Shown piece after piece: positions 16,899 through 22,674 of a DNA stretch of 22,674 nucleotides. Under the pieces are notes generated by a model. The model saw only the letters and a program-made list of their open reading frames with translations, had not been told where the DNA came from and ran no database searches. The position numbers were made by a program, and so were the translations under genes. The DNA comes from a bacterium (GTDB lineage: Bacteria; SAR324; NAC60-12): assembly GCA_965233585.1 (NCBI GenBank), contig CBDDTI010000476.1, forward strand, positions 1 to 22,674. The letters run 5' to 3'. Position 1 is the stretch's first letter. Each line of letters opens with the position of its first letter.

Positions 16899-19800
16899 TT
16901 ATTTACAAATATGGCATTTAGACGATTTGTTGTTGACAATAAGACAATTTCCTAGTGATAAAGTGTGATATCCGCAATTCAAAATGTGTCTTTTGGAATC
17001 CATTGCTGATAACGCAATCTTTCTTTGAAAACATGTCCGAATTTTATGATTCTTCGATCTTAAGTTTTTGAAAGATTTGTAAATTAGAACAGTCTGTTTC
17101 AGACATTTTTTGTAATCGTTATAGGACAATTGCTTTTTTATGCTAGATTTTTTTAAACCTTTGCAAATTTTCTTTTCTTCTGTTTTGTTTTTGTCTAAAA
17201 AATCAGTAATTTTCATAGAATAACATTTTGGACGTAAGCCTATAAAGTGAGTAATAGCTGCTCTGCCTTTTAGTTCGTCTTTGAAATAAAAAAGCTGATT
17301 GGCTCTACTGTCATCGAAAAGAGGATGTTGTTTGGGGTACTTTGAAAAATCAAATATGTGCTCCAATTTTTTCATTTCCCTTTCCAAGTTGTTGCATCTT
17401 ACTTTTAAAAGAAAAGAATCCGTGTCTGAGAAACATAAAGACACATTTTCTTTACCAAAATGTTGTTGAATCGTGTCATAATACGATCTGTACATAAACA
17501 ACTTGGACAATTCCAAAATAGAAAATCCAACGGCTAAAGGCTTCTTGAGCTCTATTATTGCTGGCTTCTTGTTGACAGCCACCAAGTTCTCATTGATGAT
17601 TTGAAAACTGTTGATGTGTTGACCAAGACTGGCTTTCCTTAAGCTTTGTTCATCTCCACAAAGGACCACTTCAGAGTAATTTCGAACATTTTCTGAAATG
17701 CAGAATAAGATTTATTTTATAAATAAATATATTGTTTTAAAAGAAAATTGATTATGCGCGCAAACACCTCAGCTAACTAGCCGTCCTATATCACATTTCA
17801 TTTTCCTCTGTAATTAGCAATGTGCTATAATTTACTACAATTTGAGATCATTCCGTTTTTTAAGCCCGACATAAACGGTCATCAAAAATTCTCACAAAAT
17901 AAACACCAAGTCAAAATGGATAAAAAAGACCAGGAAAAGAGCAAGGCTTTTTGGTTAAAAGTGATAAAATCAGGTCAGGAGGAGGCAACTTCAAGTCCGA
18001 CTTCTGGCAGTAGCTTTACTGGGGCTGCGGCTGGGGGAGCATGGTCATCTACTAAAACTGGGGGAGCATGGTCATCTTCTGGGGCTGCGGGTGGAGGAGC
18101 ATGGGCATCTTCCGAGCGTCCCGTGGCTCCTGCTTGGCCATCACGGACCCCGTACAAAGTCCGTCCCACAAAAATCAGGGTCGGAGTCGTGGAAGAGCAC
18201 ATCTACTGTCGGAGCCGGGGGTGGGGGAGCATGCTCATCTACTAAAACTGGGGGAGCATGGTCATCTTCTGGGGCTGGTGTGGGGGGATCATGGGCATCT
18301 TCCGAGCGTCCCGTGGCACCTGCTTGGCCATCACGGACCCCGTACAAGTCCGTCCCACAAAAATCAGGGTCGGAGTCGTGGAAGAGCACATCTACTGCCG
18401 GAGCCGGGGGCGGGGGAGCATGGTCATCTACTAAAACTGGAGGAGCATGGTCATCTTCTGGGGCTGTGGGTGGAGGAGCATGGTCATCTACTAAAACTGA
18501 GGGGGCATGGTCATCTACTAAAACTGCGGGAGCATGGTCATCTTCTGGGGCCTTGGGTGGGGGATCATGGGCATCTTCCGAGCGTCCCGTGGCACCTGCT
18601 TGGCCATCACGGACCCCGTACAAGTCCGTCCCACAAAAATCAGGGTCGGAGTCGTGGAAGAGCACATCTACTGCCGGAGCCGGGGGCGGGGGAGCATGGT
18701 CATCTACTAAAACTGGAGGAGCATGGTCATCTTCTGGGGCTGTGGGCGGAGAAGCATGGTCATCTACTAAAACTGAGGGGGCATGGTCATCTACTAAAAC
18801 TGCGGGAGCATGGTCATCTTCTGGGGCCTTGGGTGGGGGATCATGGGCATCTTCCGAGCGTCCCGTGGCACCTGCTTGGCCATCACGAACCCCGTACAAA
18901 TCCGTCCCACAAAGGTCGGAGCCGGAGTCATGGGATGAGCAGACCTCTCATCGCGTGTCATTTGATTTGTCTTCACAATCGACATCAAAATCTAAACCAC
19001 CACCCTATCGTCACGTGGAACCTTCACCGACGCCAGAAGTGCGTCAAGTAACAGCATTTCCATCGGTGTGGTCTCCGTCTACAGCTCGAAAAGTTACCAA
19101 AAAAAATTAAATTTAAATTTTGATCATTTTTCTTTTTCCTTTTAATTACAAAATAAACTCAACATTTTATAAAAATTGATTTTTCAAAAAGTTTGCGTAC
19201 TTGACTAATTAATTTCGCGAATTCTTAATTTAATATTGATTTAATATTATGAATATTTATGAGATAATTTGCTAATTAATATGTAAAGGTTTGGAGATTC
19301 ATTTTCTAAAATTGACAAAACCATGCGGGAAAATTCAAAACAAATTTTTAGAGAAGGAAGAGGAGAAGGAGAAGGAAAAGGAAAATGGACAAAGGAAAGT
19401 TGGGGAGGATGATGAGGAGGGGGAAATACGAGGTATTAAAGGTAAAATGGACGGAAGAGGAGGAGGAGGAGAGGTTCAAGCTGTTGCCGGACCCACCATC
19501 GAGCGAGGCACCGCCGCGTCCGCCACTGATGGGAGGCGGTGGCCGTCTTAGACGGTTCGCCAGGGGCTTGATCGAGATGATCAGGACGGCCGCCGCCTCC
19601 GTTGCCGGCTCCATCACCGGACGTCCGGACGTCATCCCCGTCGACGTCATCCCCGCCAACGTCATCGGCCCCGCCAACAAAGCCGAGGCCAAAGACGACG
19701 ACGATGACGATTTTGACATCGGCCCCGCCAACGAAGCCGATGATGCCAAAGACGACGATGACGATTTTGATGAGGCTAAGTGTGTGGTTGGTGCCGGCAG

Positions 19801-22674
19801 GACGTACTGCCGCAACTGTCGCCGGTACCACCACGCACTTGTGCCTCAAATTTAAAGAAAATATAAAAAATGACCCCAAATTCATTTGAGTATTTAACAA
19901 ATTCATTTTTTACAGAATTACTATTCGCGCTGCGTCAATTTACGCTTTTGCGTCTTTTACAATTCCAACATCATTAAATTATCTTATCTCAAAACTTACC
20001 AATAAATTTTCCAAAAGTAGAGTTGGCAAAAAGTTTAAAAAGCCGGAGTTCAAAGTCATTGCGAGCATTTGATCGCAGCTTTGTAACCTTTTCGATGAAC
20101 TCCTTCAAAAAAGCTTTTTGTCGAAACTTCATGACTCTTCTTATCTTCAGCAATTTCATGCCCTTTTTCAAGTAGTACTGCAGGTTTTCCAGATGCACCA
20201 CGTACTTTTTTCGGTCATAAAAAGTGCTCAACAATTTCTTGCTCCGGTATCTTTTGTTCCTATAATCTCGAGGGCAGTGATGTTTCAGTAAACGGCGATT
20301 GTAAGGAGATAGATGTTTAAAAGAAACCGTGTCTGTATACGGAGCCAGCGGAAATTGATCGTGCGCCTGAAAATGATATCGTGTAACTTGTCAAAAACAA
20401 TAAATAACGTATCACAACAAAGATCGGATTTACCTGGTGAAGATGGGAAGGATAATGCAAATCAACTTCAAACGCATATCCAGTATCGTCTTGCGAAGGA
20501 ATGTTGATAATATCTTTAGCAGTCCATTTTTTAAATTCAGTTTTTGGAACCCATTGGAAATCAGAAACTGGTAATTTTAAAGTTTCCATACTCCCATATA
20601 AGTTGTTGGCTGAAAAATTGTACGGATCATAACAAAATGATTTTATCAGATAATACAGTATAAAATTACCATCAATGTATAACAAGTGATCGCCGCTTTT
20701 TCTAGGATTGCTATTCCCTTTGGCATAACGCTGAGCGATAAAACTTTGCCCACCTCTGATACCCTTTGTAAAAAAACGCTCCATTTCAGGATCGGAATAG
20801 ACATCTAATGATCCGAGGGGTTTGGAAGTTTCAGATTCAGATGTGAGCTTATTATCTGATTTAGCTTGTTCTGAATTTTGAAAGAACATAAGCATGACAT
20901 CAAAACTCAAGCCAGGAATTCCTAATTTAGGTAGAATGAATTTAGTATTACGATACATCCAACGGTAAAGATTAAAATTTACCTAAATAATAAACAGGAT
21001 CCAATTGAAAATGTTCCATGACCATTTTCCTGTACTGAAGAAATGCTTCACACAGCAAAACAACGTCTAAAGAACAATAGAGCATCATGTAATCCACCAC
21101 ATTCTTGCATTTGAACGATTTAAAGACTTCTTGAGCATGGGAATAATCCGCTTCCGTAATGTGTTCTTCGTTCAATTCGGAATAAAACGAATCTTTAGAC
21201 GGAAGGTTTCGACTTTTCTTCATCTCTTGTAGAGATTGGAAATGTTCGTAACAAAAAACACCTTTTCTTTTTAAAAGTTTTAAAGCTTTTGATTTTTGAC
21301 GAACAGGAATTTTTTTATATCTTTCCATTTGTTGTAAAATGGGAAAGGTAAAATTTGAGGTCTGATTCAAATCTTGAACAAGCGCATCTAGACTGCCAGA
21401 AATGTGCTCTAACGAATCTTGAATTTTAAATTTGCCCAATGTAAGAGTGCGAAACTTTTCACTGTTTTTTGCTAAGACTTTTGGATTTTGCTTAAATTTG
21501 GAAACATTTAACTCTTCCACGATTAAATGCAAATCGTATCTGAAACGCGTACATAATTTGTGTTAGTTTAATAAAATAAACCCATTTAAGATTTCTTACC
21601 CTTGAGCGTTGTGGAAAAAAATTGGTGTGTGAAAGGGACCGGATCTCGTCAAGTTACACAGTGAATGAGCCGCGCCCATTATTTTCCCTGTCACGTGATC
21701 ATGATCCAGAACTTTTCTGTAATTTCTAGAGTACTTTTTGAACTGACCACCACAAATATGACAAACTTTTGCTTTTTGATACATTTGCCATTCTTGCGGA
21801 CTAGATTGATTTTTAACAATATGTCTAAATTTTTGTTTTCTTTCTTCAACAACTATTTCATAGAAGGACATCCGATCCAAAAAATGTTTGGCTGCATCCT
21901 CCCCTACATATTCTTCTTGAAAAAATACTTCATCATTCGAATCCACAAAAAGCAAGCTATACCCCACCGGTCTATGCACGTTTATATCGTCACTGGTGGG
22001 AAAAGCACACAAACACTCGGATTTTTAAACAGAGTCGACATTTAGATCGTTCTTTGTTTCTTTGAAGTACACATTCAAAATCACAAAATCCAACAACAGG
22101 AGCATGAAATTTATGTTTGTGATTGGTAAAACTTATGGAGGAATTTTTGGTTGGGTAGAGAGCACGTTGTTTATCACAGCAAGTGTCTTCGTGTTTTTCT
22201 TTTTTAGATTTGGATCGAAAATGTAGCAGACATTTTTCACAATAGATGCGCTTCTGTTGACCTGCTTTTTTACCCGACAACAGTCCGGCCCGATTATTCA
22301 AAAAACCTTGGATTTTGGTAATTTTAAAGAAATGGTGCTGTTGATTTAAATCCTTAATTTTTTTAAACTTGGAAGAAAAACCCAATTTGACATTAGAACT
22401 ACAATTGACAATCTTTTTACGGGAAGATTTTTTCTTGCGTTGAATTGGTTTTGCAAGGCGGGAATTATATGGACACTCATTTTCAAGAGAGATTTCAGGG
22501 TCGTATTTTATCATAAGCAAATTTAAAATGTTCTTGTTTCTGTTGTTGTTTTTATTAGTAAAAAAACCCAACTTTGAAACTTGACCCTCACTCTCATAAA
22601 AAACTGAAATTGAAATTGGTAAATGGGAGTTTCTATTTAGAAATTTTTTTAAATTACAAAATTGAAGAGGGAAC
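16899..22674 (-). CDS. Protein-primed family B DNA polymerase with endonuclease VII-like insert; spliced exons >22674-21600, 21539-20983, 20921-20670, 20609-20434, 20366-20000, 17692-16899; one +1 frameshift at 22022-22026
   Basis: ExoI CDFE, ExoII HNAQGYD, ExoIII YCSLD, motif A YIDANNLYG, motif B KLFANSTFGKFIENVR, motif C SDTDS; EndoVII-like CHIC...DHDHVTG...HSLCN; several motifs are restored only by splicing; frame stays open to the window end. Confidence 0.93.
17916..19110 (+). CDS. Nested ~397-aa Gly/Ser/Ala/Trp low-complexity repeat protein (one +1 indel at ~18156)
   Basis: aaaATGG start; removing the extra A (tacaaagt versus tacaagt in the next repeat units) joins ORFs 17820-18245 and 18091-19110; AATAAA at 19152. 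Confidence 0.65.
18020..18935 (+). repeat. Hierarchical tandem repeat: units spaced 190(189+1), 276 and 276 bp, built from short GGAGCATGGTCATCT subunits
   Basis: TCCGAGCGTCCCGTGGC anchors at 18111, 18301, 18577 and 18853. Confidence 0.92.
19385..19855 (+). CDS. Nested 156-aa acidic protein with C-terminal C-x8-C-x2-C-x3-H cluster
   Basis: aaaATGG start; GC-rich ORF bounded by AT-rich flanks; duplicated IGPAN..AKDDDDD(D)FD unit. Confidence 0.62.
   Translation: MDKGKLGRMMRRGKYEVLKVKWTEEEEEERFKLLPDPPSSEAPPRPPLMGGGGRLRRFARGLIEMIRTAAASVAGSITGRPDVIPVDVIPANVIGPANKAEAKDDDDDDFDIGPANEADDAKDDDDDFDEAKCVVGAGRTYCRNCRRYHHALVPQI
20367..20433 (-). other. PolB intron (67 bp)
   Basis: CAG|GTAAAT...TTTCAG|GCG restores HLHQAHDQFPLAP. 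Confidence 0.9.
20610..20669 (-). other. PolB intron (60 bp, in-frame, stop-free)
   Basis: G|GTAATT...TTTCAG|CC restores YIDANNLYG. Confidence 0.9.
20922..20982 (-). other. PolB intron (61 bp)
   Basis: TAG|GTAAAT...ATTAG|GA restores DPVYYLGIPGLSFD. Confidence 0.88.
21540..21599 (-). other. PolB intron (60 bp)
   Basis: GG|GTAAGA...TTTCAG|A restores HNAQGYDLHLI. Confidence 0.9.

Larger units (their letters stand above)
17693..19999 (-). other. PolB intron (2307 bp) containing nested antisense genes
   Basis: GTAAGT...CATTTCAG; splicing joins FGKFI G+AA to give FGKFIENVRNY. Confidence 0.9.
8692..22674. mobile_element. Maverick/Polinton copy B (partial; no terminal inverted repeat in window)
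   Basis: All hallmark genes present: pPolB, rve integrase, ATPase, protease, major and minor capsid. Confidence 0.96.

Noticed and set aside
18020..18935. Possible CRISPR-like array
   Set aside because: Intervening segments are themselves repeated and frame-preserving; no unique spacers or cas genes; eukaryotic context
18068..19051. His-rich (EHGHLL) plus-strand and DDHAPP minus-strand ORFs over the tandem repeat
   Set aside because: By-products of a stop-poor repeat with unit lengths divisible by 3; the GAWSS frame has the better start context, unique N- and C-termini and a downstream AATAAA. Not formally excluded.
19385..19855. Adenovirus E1A-like call (acidic stretch then CxxC..YH)
   Set aside because: No LxCxE motif and Cys spacing differs from CR3; resemblance is superficial
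19348..19906. Minus-strand and alternate-frame ORFs over the second nested gene
   Set aside because: Low-complexity shadows (poly-Ser, poly-Val/Ile) of GAC/GAG repeats
22572..22674. Possible Maverick terminus or PolB start at 22571
   Set aside because: Frame stays open to the window end (FPLQFCNLKKFLNRN..ISISVF, a Polinton PolB N-terminal-region motif); no TIR visible

Overview
Eukaryotic (probably animal) endogenous Maverick/Polinton (adintovirus-like) DNA, present as two diverged, same-orientation partial copies: copy A (1-3102) and copy B (8692-22674). They are joined by a complete 5.6-kb Ty3/Gypsy (Mag-like) LTR retrotransposon (3103-8691, minus strand) with identical 176-bp LTRs and no target-site duplication. 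Copy B encodes a minor capsid (truncated), rve integrase with chromodomain, a basic core-like protein, major capsid, adenain protease, a 2xC2H2 protein, a small basic protein, packaging ATPase and a protein-primed PolB that runs off the window. Four things stand out. (1) The Maverick carries an adjacent TBP-like + TFIIB-like gene pair. (2) Its PolB is split by five GT-AG introns, and one 2.3-kb intron nests two antisense genes, one a Trp/Gly/Ser repeat protein. (3) The retrotransposon has no env; instead two small stop-start-coupled membrane ORFs follow pol, the second with FAST-fusogen-like architecture. (4) The retroelement is flanked by two different broken Maverick genes, implying recombination between two insertions or a misassembly. 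All calls come from reading motifs by eye; no database searches were run.
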